A stretch of 64,000 nt of DNA, taken from positions 3,136,001-3,200,000 of the forward strand of contig OY970192.1 of the NCBI GenBank assembly GCA_963708135.1. Reading direction: 5' to 3'. A program made the position numbers and the translations under genes. Position 1 is the stretch's first letter, and each line of letters opens with the position of its first letter. Under the pieces are notes generated by a model, which was not told where the DNA came from, searched no databases, and saw nothing but the letters and a program-made list of their open reading frames with translations. The DNA comes from an uncultured Gemmatimonadales bacterium. GTDB lineage: Bacteria; Gemmatimonadota; Gemmatimonadetes; Longimicrobiales; RSA9. Positions 28,335 to 38,368 of this stretch are shown here, piece by piece.

Positions 28335-31256
28335 ATGATCGTGACGGCGGCGAGGCGAATCGGCGGGACGGCGCGGAGCCTCGGCGCGGTCCTCGTCGCC
28401 GGCGCCCTCCTCGCCGCTCCCCGCCCCGCCGTCGCGCAGCGGCCGGATTCGGTCCGCCACCGCCTCGAGGCCGCGCGGCGGCCGCCGCCCTCCGCAGCCT
28501 ACCGCGACGCGCACCTCCCCATCGCCACACGCGTGCGCGACCTCCTCGGGCGCATGACGCTGGAGGAGAAGTTCTGGCAGCTGTTCATGACCCCCGGCGA
28601 GCTGGACGACCCGGCGCACGACTACGGCCACGGCGTCTTCGGCCTGCAGATCCCGGCCGTGCGAAAGCCGGCGGCGGGTGCACCGCGGCAGGACCTTTCG
28701 GACCCGGTGCGCGCCGGCGATCGCGCCGCTAGCCGCGGCACTGCCGAGACGCGACGCACAGCCGAGGCGCCCGTCACGGCCGAAGCCCGCGGCGCGGCCG
28801 AAGCCCGCGGCACGACCCCGCCTGGCTCCGGGACCGCCGCCGCCAGCCTCGCCCGCGCCGACGCCGCGCGGATCGACAGCATCCAGCGTCATTTCGTCGA
28901 GCGGACCCGGCTCGGCGTCCCGATCATCCCCTTCAATGAGGCCGTGCACGGGCTGGTGCGCCCCGGCGCCACGGCGTTCCCGCAGGCCATCGCGCTGGCG
29001 GCCACGTGGGACACGGCGCTGGTCGCGCGGGTGGCGGGCGCCATCGCGCGCGAGACGCGCAGCCGCGGGATCCGGCAGGTGCTCTCGCCCGTGCTGAACA
29101 TCGCTAGCGACGTGCGCTGGGGGCGCGTGGAGGAGACGTACGGCGAGGATCCCGTCCTGGCCTCGGCGATGGCGCGGGCGTTCGTGGGCTCGTTCGAGCG
29201 CGCGGGCGTCGCGACGACGGCCAAGCACTTCGTCGCCAACGTGGGCGAGGGCGGGCGCGACAGCTACCCGGTGGACTACGACCGCCGCGTCCTCGAGGAG
29301 CGTTTCTTCCCGCCGTTCCGGGCCGCGCTGGTGGACGCCCACGCCAGCGCGGTCATGAGCGCCTACAACTCCGTGGGCGGCGTGCCGGCCACGCAGAACC
29401 GTGCCCTGCTCACGGGCGTGCTGCGCGCGGAGTGGGGCTTCCGCGGCATCGTGATCTCGGACGCGGCGGCCACCGCGGGGCCGACGGTGCTGCAGCACAC
29501 GGAGGCGAGCACGGCCACGTCGGCGCGGGACGCGCTCGAGGCCGGCCTGGACGTGATCTTCCAGTCGTCGTATCCGCAGCACCGCCCCTATCTGGCCGCA
29601 TTCCGACGCGGCCTGGTCCCGGACAGCGTGATCGACCGCGCCGTCGCGCGCGTGCTGCGCCTGAAGTTCCGGCTCGGCCTCTTCGAGCGCCCGTACGTGG
29701 ACCCCGACAGCGCCGCCTACTGGAACGGCCGCCCGGAGCACCGCGCGCTCGCCCTCGAGGCGGCGCGCGAGTCCATCGTGCTGCTGCGCAACGAGAACGG
29801 CACACTGCCACTCTCGCCCGCCACGCGCGCGCTGGCCGTGATCGGCACGGATGCCGTCGAGGCACGGCTCGGCGGCTACAGCGGTCCGGGCGTCCAGCCG
29901 GTCTCCATCCTCGACGCCCTCCGGCAGAAGCTCGGCCCCGCCACGGAGGTGCGGTACGCGCCCGGCCCCGGCCGCGAGAGTCCGGAGTACGTGGCCATCC
30001 CGGCGGCGCGGCTCACGTCCGCCGGTTCCGCCGACTCCACCGCCAGCGTGGACCGGCAGCCGCAAAGGGGCCTTCGGGGCGAGTACTTCGACAACCCGCG
30101 GCTCGAGGGCTCGCCGAAGCTCGTCCGGGCGGACAGCCAGATTGCCTTCCAGTGGACCCTCGCCTCGCCGGGCCCGGGCATCCCGCACGGCTGGTACTCC
30201 GTGCGCTGGACCGGCCGGGTCACGGGCCCGCCCGGCGGCGAGGTGCGGCGCATCGGCGTCGAGGGGAACGACGGCTGGCGGCTGTACCTGGATGGCCGGC
30301 TGCTGATCGACGACTGGCGCCCGCGCTCGTACGGGGCGCACCTGGCCGATGTGGCGCTCGCGCCCGGGAGCACGCACGACCTGCGGCTCGAGTACCACCA
30401 GGCGACGGGGCGCGCGCGCGTCCGTCTGGTATGGGACGCCGGCGTGGCGCACGCCTGGCCCGCGGCCATCGACAGCGCCGCCGCCCTGGCCCGGCGGAGC
30501 GGTGCCGCCGTCGTCGTGGCGGGCATCGAGGAGGGCGAGTTCCGGGACCGCGCCTCCCTCGCCCTGCCGGGCCACCAGGAGGAGCTGATCGAGCGCGTAG
30601 CCGCGACAGGCACGCCGACCATCGTCGTGCTGATCGGCGGCAGCGCCATCACCATGTCGGGCTGGCTCGAGCGCGTGGGCGCCGTCCTCGACGCGTGGTA
30701 CCCGGGGGAGCAGGGCGGCCGCGCCGTCGCCGACATCCTCTTCGGCGACGGCGACCCCGGCGGCCGGCTGCCCATCACCTTCCCCGTGGCCGAGGGCCAG
30801 CTTCCGCTCTACTACGACCACGAGCCGACGGGCCGCGGCGACGACTACGTGGACCTCACGGGCGAGCCGCTGTTCCCGTTCGGCTTCGGGCTGAGCTACG
30901 CGACGTTCGCGTTCTCGGACCTCGCCATCACGCCGGACTCGGTCGCGCCCGACGGCACCGCGGTCGTGCGCTGCGTCGTCCGCAACACGGGCACCCGCGC
31001 CGGCGACGAGGTGGTGCAGCTCTACGTGCACCAGGAGCTGGCATCGGTCGCCCGGCCGGTGCTGCAGCTCGAGGGCTTCCGCCGCGTGCACCTGGCGCCG
31101 GGCGAGGCGCGCGAGGTCCGGTTCACCCTGTCGCGGGAGCAGCTCCGGCTGCTCGCGCGGGACGGGCGCTGGGTCGTCGAGCCGGGCAGCTTCCGGGTGA
31201 TGGTCGGCGCCTCGTCGAAGGACATCCGCCTGCGCGGGGAGCTCCGCGTGCGCTGA
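28335..31256 (+). CDS. GH3 beta-glucosidase/xylosidase with PA14 and Fn3-like domains
   Basis: RMTLEEK, EAVHG, FPQAIALAATWD, WGRVEETYGEDP, KHF, VMSAYN, VISD, PA14 insert, PFGFGLSY, GDEVVQLY; alternative in-frame start at 28221. Confidence 0.95.
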   Translation: MIVTAARRIGGTARSLGAVLVAGALLAAPRPAVAQRPDSVRHRLEAARRPPPSAAYRDAHLPIATRVRDLLGRMTLEEKFWQLFMTPGELDDPAHDYGHGVFGLQIPAVRKPAAGAPRQDLSDPVRAGDRAASRGTAETRRTAEAPVTAEARGAAEARGTTPPGSGTAAASLARADAARIDSIQRHFVERTRLGVPIIPFNEAVHGLVRPGATAFPQAIALAATWDTALVARVAGAIARETRSRGIRQVLSPVLNIASDVRWGRVEETYGEDPVLASAMARAFVGSFERAGVATTAKHFVANVGEGGRDSYPVDYDRRVLEERFFPPFRAALVDAHASAVMSAYNSVGGVPATQNRALLTGVLRAEWGFRGIVISDAAATAGPTVLQHTEASTATSARDALEAGLDVIFQSSYPQHRPYLAAFRRGLVPDSVIDRAVARVLRLKFRLGLFERPYVDPDSAAYWNGRPEHRALALEAARESIVLLRNENGTLPLSPATRALAVIGTDAVEARLGGYSGPGVQPVSILDALRQKLGPATEVRYAPGPGRESPEYVAIPAARLTSAGSADSTASVDRQPQRGLRGEYFDNPRLEGSPKLVRADSQIAFQWTLASPGPGIPHGWYSVRWTGRVTGPPGGEVRRIGVEGNDGWRLYLDGRLLIDDWRPRSYGAHLADVALAPGSTHDLRLEYHQATGRARVRLVWDAGVAHAWPAAIDSAAALARRSGAAVVVAGIEEGEFRDRASLALPGHQEELIERVAATGTPTIVVLIGGSAITMSGWLERVGAVLDAWYPGEQGGRAVADILFGDGDPGGRLPITFPVAEGQLPLYYDHEPTGRGDDYVDLTGEPLFPFGFGLSYATFAFSDLAITPDSVAPDGTAVVRCVVRNTGTRAGDEVVQLYVHQELASVARPVLQLEGFRRVHLAPGEAREVRFTLSREQLRLLARDGRWVVEPGSFRVMVGASSKDIRLRGELRVR

Positions 31257-31473
31257 GTGCGACCGCCCCGCTCCGCGGCGCCCCCGCGTCACCGTTGCGC
31301 CGCCTTCCTCCCCGCCGCCATCTTGACGGCGACGCCTTCCCCCTACAGCGCTCCGATCGCGCAGACCATCCCGCGCCCCGAGCCGCATGCGCTGCCGGCG
31401 CGGTGCGGGCGCTTCGGGCGCCCGCCGGACGGCTGCCTTCCAGCGCGCCCGCGTCCCCCGTCCCCGAGGCCGA

Positions 31474-33135
31474 ATGTCCAGACCGACGCTCCTCGTCGTC
31501 GACGACGACCCCCAGGTGCTGCGCGCCATCGCGCGCGACCTACGCCGGGAGTACCGGCACGGCTATCGTGTGATCGAGGCCGGCTCCGGCGCCGAGGCGC
31601 TGCTGGCGCTGCAGACGCTGAAGCGGCGGGGAGAGCCCGTGGCGGTCCTCGTCGCCGACCAGCGCATGCCGGAGATGACGGGCGTCGAGTTCCTGCAGCA
31701 GGCCGGCGGGGTGTACGCGGACGCCAAGCGGGCGCTGCTGACGGCGTACGCGGACACGGAGGCCGCGATCCAGGCGATCAACGCGGCGCACATCCACTAT
31801 TACCTGCAGAAGCCGTGGGACCCGCCGGAGGAGAAGCTCTATCCGGTGATCGCCGAGCTGCTGGAGGAGTGGGAGAGCCGCTTCCGTCCGCCCTTCGAGG
31901 GGGTGCGCGTGGTAGGCCACCGCTGGTCCCCCGAGGCGCACAAGATCCGCGACTTCCTGGCGCGCAACCAGGTGCCGTACCGCTGGCTGGACGTGGAGGA
32001 GAACCCCGAGACGGCGGAGCTGCTCGCGGCCACGGGGCTCGCGGGCGAGCCGCTGCCGATGGTGATCTTCCCGGACGGCACGCACCTGTCGGGGACGGGG
32101 CTGCAGGACGTGGCGGAGCGGATCGGGCTGCGCACGCACGCGGAGCGGCCGTTCTACTCGCTCGTCATCGTGGGCGGCGGCCCGGCGGGCCTGGCCGCGG
32201 CCGTGTACGCGGCCAGCGAGGGCGTGCGCACGCTGCTCGTCGAGGAGCAGGCGCCCGGGGGGCAGGCGGGCCAGAGCTCGCGCATCGAGAACTACCTCGG
32301 CTTTCCGGCGGGCGTGAGCGGCGGCGAGCTGGCGCGCCGCGCTGTCGCGCAGGCGCGCAAGTTCGGCGTCGAGATCCTGACGCCGCAGTCGGTGGTCCGG
32401 CTGCGGGTCGAGGGCCCGCTGCGGACGGTCGTCATGGAGGATGGCACGGAGGTCGGCTGCCACGCGCTGCTCATCGCGACGGGCGTCTCCTACCGCACGC
32501 TCGACGTGCCGGGCCTGGCCGGGCTGGTCGGCGCCGGCATCTACTACGGCGCGGCGACGACGGAGGCGCGGGCATGCGCCGGCGGGAACGCCTACGTCGT
32601 CGGCGGCGGCAACTCCGCGGGCCAGGCGGCGATGTATCTCTCGAGCTTCGCCTCCCGGGTGATCCTGCTCGTCCGCGGCCACGACCTGGCCGGCACCATG
32701 TCGCTCTACCTGCGCGAGCAGCTCCGCGCCACGCCGAACATCGCCGTCCGGACACAGATCGAGGTGGCCGCGGCCGAGGGCGCCGGCCACCTCGAGCGGC
32801 TCGTGCTCCGCGACCGGCGCGACGAGTGCACGGAGAGCGTCCCCGCCGCCGGGCTCTTCATCTTCATCGGCGCGCAGCCGCGGACCGACTGGCTGGAGGG
32901 CGTCGTGGCGCGCGACCCGCGCGGCTTCCTGCCGACCGGCCGCGACCTGAGCCCCGACGGCGGACACCCGAAGGGTTGGCCGCTCGAGCGCGACCCGCTG
33001 CTGCTCGAGACCAGCGTGCCCGGCATCTTCGCCGCCGGCGACGTGCGCAGGGGCTCCATGAAGCGCGTCGCCTCGGGCGTCGGCGAGGGCGCCATGGCGG
33101 TGTCGTTCGTCCACCAGTACTTGGCGGAGCTGTGA
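31474..33135 (+). CDS. Response regulator receiver fused to a thioredoxin-reductase-like FAD oxidoreductase
   Basis: LLVVDDD, ADQRMP, LLTAYAD, QKPW; GGGPAGLAAA, IENYLGFP, GGGNSAGQAA, FAAGDVR. Confidence 0.93.
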   Translation: MSRPTLLVVDDDPQVLRAIARDLRREYRHGYRVIEAGSGAEALLALQTLKRRGEPVAVLVADQRMPEMTGVEFLQQAGGVYADAKRALLTAYADTEAAIQAINAAHIHYYLQKPWDPPEEKLYPVIAELLEEWESRFRPPFEGVRVVGHRWSPEAHKIRDFLARNQVPYRWLDVEENPETAELLAATGLAGEPLPMVIFPDGTHLSGTGLQDVAERIGLRTHAERPFYSLVIVGGGPAGLAAAVYAASEGVRTLLVEEQAPGGQAGQSSRIENYLGFPAGVSGGELARRAVAQARKFGVEILTPQSVVRLRVEGPLRTVVMEDGTEVGCHALLIATGVSYRTLDVPGLAGLVGAGIYYGAATTEARACAGGNAYVVGGGNSAGQAAMYLSSFASRVILLVRGHDLAGTMSLYLREQLRATPNIAVRTQIEVAAAEGAGHLERLVLRDRRDECTESVPAAGLFIFIGAQPRTDWLEGVVARDPRGFLPTGRDLSPDGGHPKGWPLERDPLLLETSVPGIFAAGDVRRGSMKRVASGVGEGAMAVSFVHQYLAEL

Positions 33136-34547
33136 GCGGCGGCACGCCTGGCGCCGAGGAGCTGCGTCACGTCGGCGTGTTCGCCGACCTCGCCGAGGCC
33201 GACCTCGACTGGCTGGCCGCCACGGGCCGCTTCGTCTCCCTCGCGGCCGGGGACGCCGTCATCAGGGAGGGCGATGCCGCGGATGTCATGATCGCGGTGA
33301 TGGAGGGAGAGCTGCGCGCCACGCGCGAGACACCGCCGTCCGACGGCCGCGTCTTCGTGGTCAAGGCGGGGGGTGTGGGGGGCATGCTGCCCTTCTCGCG
33401 GCTGCGGACCTTCCCCGTCACGAGCCGCGCGGTACTGCCCACGCGGGCGCTCCTCTTCCCGGCCGCGGCGTTCCCGGAGATGCTGCACCGCATCCCCGTG
33501 CTGGAGGCCCGACTCGTCACGACCATGGCGGACCGCGTGCGCGAGAACGCCCGCGAGGAGCACCACCGCGAGACGCTCATGGCGCTGGGCAAGCTCTCCG
33601 CCGGCCTCGCCCACGAGCTGAACAACCCCGCCGCGGCCGCGCGCCGCGCCGCCGCCGATCTCGGCCGCGAGCTCGCCCGGGTGCCGGCGCTGGCCACGGT
33701 GCTCTCCGCAGCCCGCCTCGGGCCGGAGCCGTGCGCCGCGCTCGACCGTCTCGTCTCCCACGCGGTCGAACCGGGCCGGGCCGCGCCGGCGGGAACCCTG
33801 GAGCACGCCGACCTCGAGGACGAGCTGGTGGAGTGGCTGGATGCCCGCGGCGTGGACGAGGCGGAGAGGCTGGGCGCGACCTTCGTCGAGCGCGGGCTCG
33901 CCGTCGCGGATCTGGACGAGGTCGCGGCCGCGGTCCCGGCGCACGCGCTGCCCGCCGCGCTCGCGTGGGCGGAGGCGCTCATCGCCGCCAGCGCGCTGGC
34001 GCGCGACATCGAGCAGGCGACGGGCCGGATCTCCGACCTCGTCGCCGCGGTCAAGTCCTACTCGCGCATGGACCAGGCGCCGAGCAAGGCGGCCACGGAC
34101 GTGCGCGAGTCGCTCGAGACGACGCTCACCGTCCTCGCCCACAAGCTGCGCCAGAAGGGGATCACGCTGTCGCGCAGCTTCGCGCCCGACCTGCCGCGGG
34201 TGAACGCCTACGCCGGCGAGCTGAACCAGGTCTGGACCAACCTGCTCGACAACGCCATCGACGCGGTGCGGCCCGGCGGCCGGATCCACGTCCGCACCGC
34301 GCGCGAGCACGAGGACGTGCTCGTCGAGTTCGTGGACGACGGCCCCGGGATCGAGCCCCAGAACCTGGGCCGCATCTTCGAGCCGTTCTTCACCACCAAA
34401 CCCGTCGGCGAGGGGACCGGCCTCGGCCTCGACATCGCCCACCGCATCGTCGCCCGCCGCCACGCCGGCGAGATCCGCGTGAACTCCCGCCCCGGCGAGA
34501 CCCGCTTCCAGGTCCGGCTGCCGCTGGACGCAGGCGGAAAGGCCTAG
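33132..34547 (+). CDS. Cytoplasmic histidine kinase with N-terminal cNMP-binding domain
   Basis: GTG overlaps the upstream TGA; VFADL, VIREGD, LAHELNNP, LNQVWTNLLDNA, DDGPG, FEPFFTTK, GTGLGL. Confidence 0.93.
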   Translation: MSGGTPGAEELRHVGVFADLAEADLDWLAATGRFVSLAAGDAVIREGDAADVMIAVMEGELRATRETPPSDGRVFVVKAGGVGGMLPFSRLRTFPVTSRAVLPTRALLFPAAAFPEMLHRIPVLEARLVTTMADRVRENAREEHHRETLMALGKLSAGLAHELNNPAAAARRAAADLGRELARVPALATVLSAARLGPEPCAALDRLVSHAVEPGRAAPAGTLEHADLEDELVEWLDARGVDEAERLGATFVERGLAVADLDEVAAAVPAHALPAALAWAEALIAASALARDIEQATGRISDLVAAVKSYSRMDQAPSKAATDVRESLETTLTVLAHKLRQKGITLSRSFAPDLPRVNAYAGELNQVWTNLLDNAIDAVRPGGRIHVRTAREHEDVLVEFVDDGPGIEPQNLGRIFEPFFTTKPVGEGTGLGLDIAHRIVARRHAGEIRVNSRPGETRFQVRLPLDAGGKA

Positions 34548-34598
34548 CGCCCCCGTCGCCCCTTCCGGCGCGCGCGCCCGGCCCGGCCCTCCCGGTCC

Positions 34599-37025
34599 TC
34601 AGCTCGCCCGCAGCGCCTGTGCGGGATCGGCCGCGAGCGCGCGCCGCGCCGGGACCGCGCAGGCGAGCGCCGCCGTCGCCAGAAGGAGGACGCACACCAG
34701 CGCGTACGTCAGCGGGTCGCCCGGCTGCACGCCGAAGAGGAGCCCGCGGATGAACCGCCCCAGCGCCAGCGCCAGGGCGGCGCCGACCACTACCCCCACC
34801 GCCACCGCGCCAATGCCGTCGCGGGTGACGAGCAGGAGGATCCGACGCCGGTCGGCGCCCAGCGCCAGCCGGATGGCGATCTCGGGGATCCGCTGGCTCA
34901 CCGTGTAGCCGACGACGCCGGCGAGGCCGGCGCCGGCCAGGATCAGCGCCAGCGCGGAGAAGCCGAGCACGAGCGCCGAGCGCAGCCGCGGCTCGAGCAG
35001 CTGCGCCGCCCGCACCTCGTCGAGCGTGCGCACGGCCGAGACGGGCTCGTGGTCATCGACGTCGCGCACCGCCGCGCGCAGCTGCGCGACGATCGGCGCC
35101 GTCGGCCCCGTGGCCCGGATCAGCACCCGGATGTCGGCGGGGGGCAGCGCCGAGGCGGGGACGTAGACCTCGTCCGTGATGTCCTCGGCCAGCCCCTCCT
35201 GGCGCACATCGCCCACCACGCCGATCACCTGGTTCCACGTCCTGCCGTCGTCGAAGGTGACCGCGCTGCCGACGGGGTCGCGGCCGCGCCAGTGCCTTGC
35301 CGCCAGCCGCCGGCTCACGATCACGGGCGGGCTCACGGTATCGCGGTCCGCCGCCGTGAAGAGCCGGCCGCGCAGCAGCGGCATGCCCAGCGCCGCGAAG
35401 TAGCCGGGGCTCACCGAAGTGTAGGCCGTCCTCGGCATCGCCGCGCCGGAGCCGGTCGGCTCCCCCCGGATCCGGAACGGAACCGTCCCGCCCACCGCGC
35501 CGTTCAGCGGGAAGGTGCTGCTGATCGCGATGGCGCGCGCGCCGCGGATCGTCGCCATGCGCGCGAGCAGGCGGTCCCCGAGCTGCCGCAGGAGCGCGTT
35601 CGTCGGATATTTCGTGAAGTTGTGCGGCAGCCGCGCCGTGACGACGCGGCCCGCGTCGAAGCCGCCGTCCACCGACTCCAGCGCCAGCAGGCTACGGCCC
35701 ACGAGGCCCGCCCCGATCAGCAGAATGAAGGCGACGCCGACCTGCGCGACCACGAACGCGCTCCGCAGCCGGCCCTCGCCCCGCGAGCCCATCGCCGCCG
35801 AGTTGCCCTGCCGCAACCGATCCACAACGTGGCCGCCGCGGGCCCCCCGCAGGAACGGCACCGCCGCCACCACGAGCCCGACCACCACGCACGTGGCAAC
35901 CGTCCAGGCGAGGACCGCCGGGTGCACGCCGATTTCTGAAGCCCGCGGCGTGAGCCCCGTCGCCAGCGCGCGCAGCAGGCCCACGCTCGCACCGGCCAGA
36001 GCCAGGCCCACGACGCCGCCCGCCGTCGTGAGCAGCAGGCTCTCGATGGCCAGCTGGCCGTAGAGGCGCCACACCCCAGACCCGAGCGCCTCCCGGATCG
36101 CCAGCTCGCGCGCCCGCCGCGTCTGCCGCGCCAGCGTCAGGCTCGCGAAGTTGGCCGCCGCCGCGAGCAGCAGGAACAGCGCGGCCGCGAAGAGCAGCAG
36201 CAGCACCGGCCGCGCGCCCGCCGTCATCTCCTCGCGGACCGGCCGCACGCTCGAGCGCAGCCGCTCCGCCGCCGGGTACGCCTCCGGATGGTCCACCCGC
36301 ATGCGGGCGTCGATCGCGGCCAGGTCGGAGCGCGCCGCGGCCAGCGAGACACCCGGCCTCAGGCGCGCGAACACCGTCGGCAGCCGTGCCGTCCGCGACG
36401 CCATGGCCGCCGGCGCCGAGCGGAACGGACACGCCCCCGCCGGCATCCAGATGTCGTTCGCGTCCGGATAGGTGGGAAGCGGCGGCAGGATCCCCACCAC
36501 CGTGTGCACCCGGTCGTTCATGATGAACGTCGAGCCCACCGCCTGCGGGTCGGCGCCCATCGCGTCCACCCAGTAGCGGTACGACAGCAGCACCACCGGC
36601 GGCGCGCCCACCGCCTCTTCCCCCGGCCTGAAGAGGCGGCCCTGGAGCGGGCGGACCCCCAACACCTCGAAGAAGTCGTCCGAGACCACGCCCGTCTGCA
36701 CCCGCTGCGGGTCCCCGCGGCCGTACAGCTGGAACGCCATCGAGTGGTACTCGACCACAGCGTCGAACGCCCGCGTCTCCCGCCGCAGGTCCGCGATCTC
36801 CGGAATCGAGAAGCGCGCATCGTCGGCCTCCGCCGAAGGATGCTCGACGTGCACCAGCCGCGCCCCCGCGCCATAGGGAAGGCGGCCGAGCAGCACGCCG
36901 TTCACCATGCCGAAGATCGCCGCGCTCGCCCCGATCCCGAGCCCCAGTGTCGCGACGGCCAGGAGCGAGAACCCCGGCGCCCGACGGAGGCTCCGGAGCC
37001 CGTGCGCGAGTCCCTGTCCGATCAT
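34599..37025 (-). CDS. ABC transporter permease, ADOP/MacB-FtsX duplicated type
   Basis: LRRAPGFSLLAVATLGLGIGA, ELAIREALG, VVAQVGVAFILLIGAGL, IGVVGDV, EIAIRLALGA. Confidence 0.93.
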   Translation of the reverse strand: MIGQGLAHGLRSLRRAPGFSLLAVATLGLGIGASAAIFGMVNGVLLGRLPYGAGARLVHVEHPSAEADDARFSIPEIADLRRETRAFDAVVEYHSMAFQLYGRGDPQRVQTGVVSDDFFEVLGVRPLQGRLFRPGEEAVGAPPVVLLSYRYWVDAMGADPQAVGSTFIMNDRVHTVVGILPPLPTYPDANDIWMPAGACPFRSAPAAMASRTARLPTVFARLRPGVSLAAARSDLAAIDARMRVDHPEAYPAAERLRSSVRPVREEMTAGARPVLLLLFAAALFLLLAAAANFASLTLARQTRRARELAIREALGSGVWRLYGQLAIESLLLTTAGGVVGLALAGASVGLLRALATGLTPRASEIGVHPAVLAWTVATCVVVGLVVAAVPFLRGARGGHVVDRLRQGNSAAMGSRGEGRLRSAFVVAQVGVAFILLIGAGLVGRSLLALESVDGGFDAGRVVTARLPHNFTKYPTNALLRQLGDRLLARMATIRGARAIAISSTFPLNGAVGGTVPFRIRGEPTGSGAAMPRTAYTSVSPGYFAALGMPLLRGRLFTAADRDTVSPPVIVSRRLAARHWRGRDPVGSAVTFDDGRTWNQVIGVVGDVRQEGLAEDITDEVYVPASALPPADIRVLIRATGPTAPIVAQLRAAVRDVDDHEPVSAVRTLDEVRAAQLLEPRLRSALVLGFSALALILAGAGLAGVVGYTVSQRIPEIAIRLALGADRRRILLLVTRDGIGAVAVGVVVGAALALALGRFIRGLLFGVQPGDPLTYALVCVLLLATAALACAVPARRALAADPAQALRAS

Positions 37026-37266
37026 TCTTGCCCTCCCGCCCACAAAGGCGCGCCCCCCGCCGGCCCCCTGCCCGCGCGGCGACGTCATCGACTCCCCACC
37101 AAGCTGCCGGCGGAGGCGGCCGCGTCAAAGGACGGCGACCCGACCGTATCGGACATCCGGGACGGGATGCGGGGCGCGGGATTCTCCGCGCGTCGTCGCG
37201 GGATTGCCCCGCGTCCCCGCGTCGGGCGGTGCGCGGCGGCGGGGGGCCCGCGGCGGCGCCCCGCGC

Positions 37267-38238
37267 CTACGCCGATCCGAACCTGCTGCGGTAGCTCCGG
37301 GGGGAGATGCCGAAGCGCCGCTCGAAGGCGCGGCGGAAGCCATCGTCGGAGGCGAAGCCGACGGAGCGGGCCACGCGGTCGATGCCGGCGCCGGAAGAGC
37401 ACAGGCGGCGGCCGGCCTCATCGAGGCGCATGCGCTCGACGAAGGCGGCGGGCGTGGTGCCGTAGGCCTGGCGGAAGGTGCGCGAGAAGTGGCGCGGGCT
37501 GAGGAACACGCGGGCGGCGAGCGCGGCGACGGACAGGTCGCCGTCGAGGTGCCCGCGGATCCAGGCCACGAGATCGGCGAAGCGGTCGGCGGAGTCCGCC
37601 TGGAAGCGGAGCGGCTCCGAGAACTGGTTCTGTCCGCCGGGCCGCTTGAGGAACATGACCAGCTCGCGGGCGGCGGCCAACGCGGCGCGCGGGCCGAAAT
37701 CCTCCTCGATCAGGGCGAGCGCCAGGTCGATCCCCGCGGTCACTCCCGCCGACGTGTAGAAGGGGCCGTCCTTCAGGTACAGCGCATCGGCGTCCACCCG
37801 CAGCCGCGGGAAGCGACGCTCGAGGTCGGCGGCGTAGCGCCAGTGGGTGGTGACGCGGCGCCCATCGAGGAGTCCCGTGGCGGCCAGCCCGTAGATGCCC
37901 GTGCAGACGGACGCGATGCGACGGATCCCGGGCGCCCGCGCGCGGATCCAGGCCGCGGCCCTCTCCTGCGCGTCCGTGCCGCGCAGGCCCCGCCCGCCCG
38001 GAACGATCAGCGTGTCGAGGTGCACGCCCGGGGCGGGGAGGGTCAGGTGCGCCTGCAGCACGATGCCGGACTCCGCCGTGAAGCTCGGCCCGTCGAGCCC
38101 GAGGACGACGACCTCGTACGGCGACCCGGCGGCGCCCTCCTCGCCGCGCGCGACGCTGAACGCGTCGGACGGCCCGATCACGTCGAGCGCCTGGACGGCG
38201 TCGTAGCCGAGGATGCCGATGCGGCGGGGCTCGGTCAT
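37267..38238 (-). CDS. GlxA family regulator (DJ-1/PfpI + AraC HTH)
   Basis: SVCTG, TTHW, TSAGVTAGIDLAL, KRPGGQNQFS, LSPRHFSR. Confidence 0.94.
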   Translation of the reverse strand: MTEPRRIGILGYDAVQALDVIGPSDAFSVARGEEGAAGSPYEVVVLGLDGPSFTAESGIVLQAHLTLPAPGVHLDTLIVPGGRGLRGTDAQERAAAWIRARAPGIRRIASVCTGIYGLAATGLLDGRRVTTHWRYAADLERRFPRLRVDADALYLKDGPFYTSAGVTAGIDLALALIEEDFGPRAALAAARELVMFLKRPGGQNQFSEPLRFQADSADRFADLVAWIRGHLDGDLSVAALAARVFLSPRHFSRTFRQAYGTTPAAFVERMRLDEAGRRLCSSGAGIDRVARSVGFASDDGFRRAFERRFGISPRSYRSRFGSA

Positions 38239-38368
38239 GCGTGGAAGGTAGCGCCGGCGGGATCCGGCCTCAAACCCCGTCCCGCCCCGGTCCAGCGTGC
38301 GCGCGGCGTACGCCTCGGCGGTGCCGGCCGCGTCAGCCTGGCGCGCGCGCAAAGGACCGGCCCGAGCG

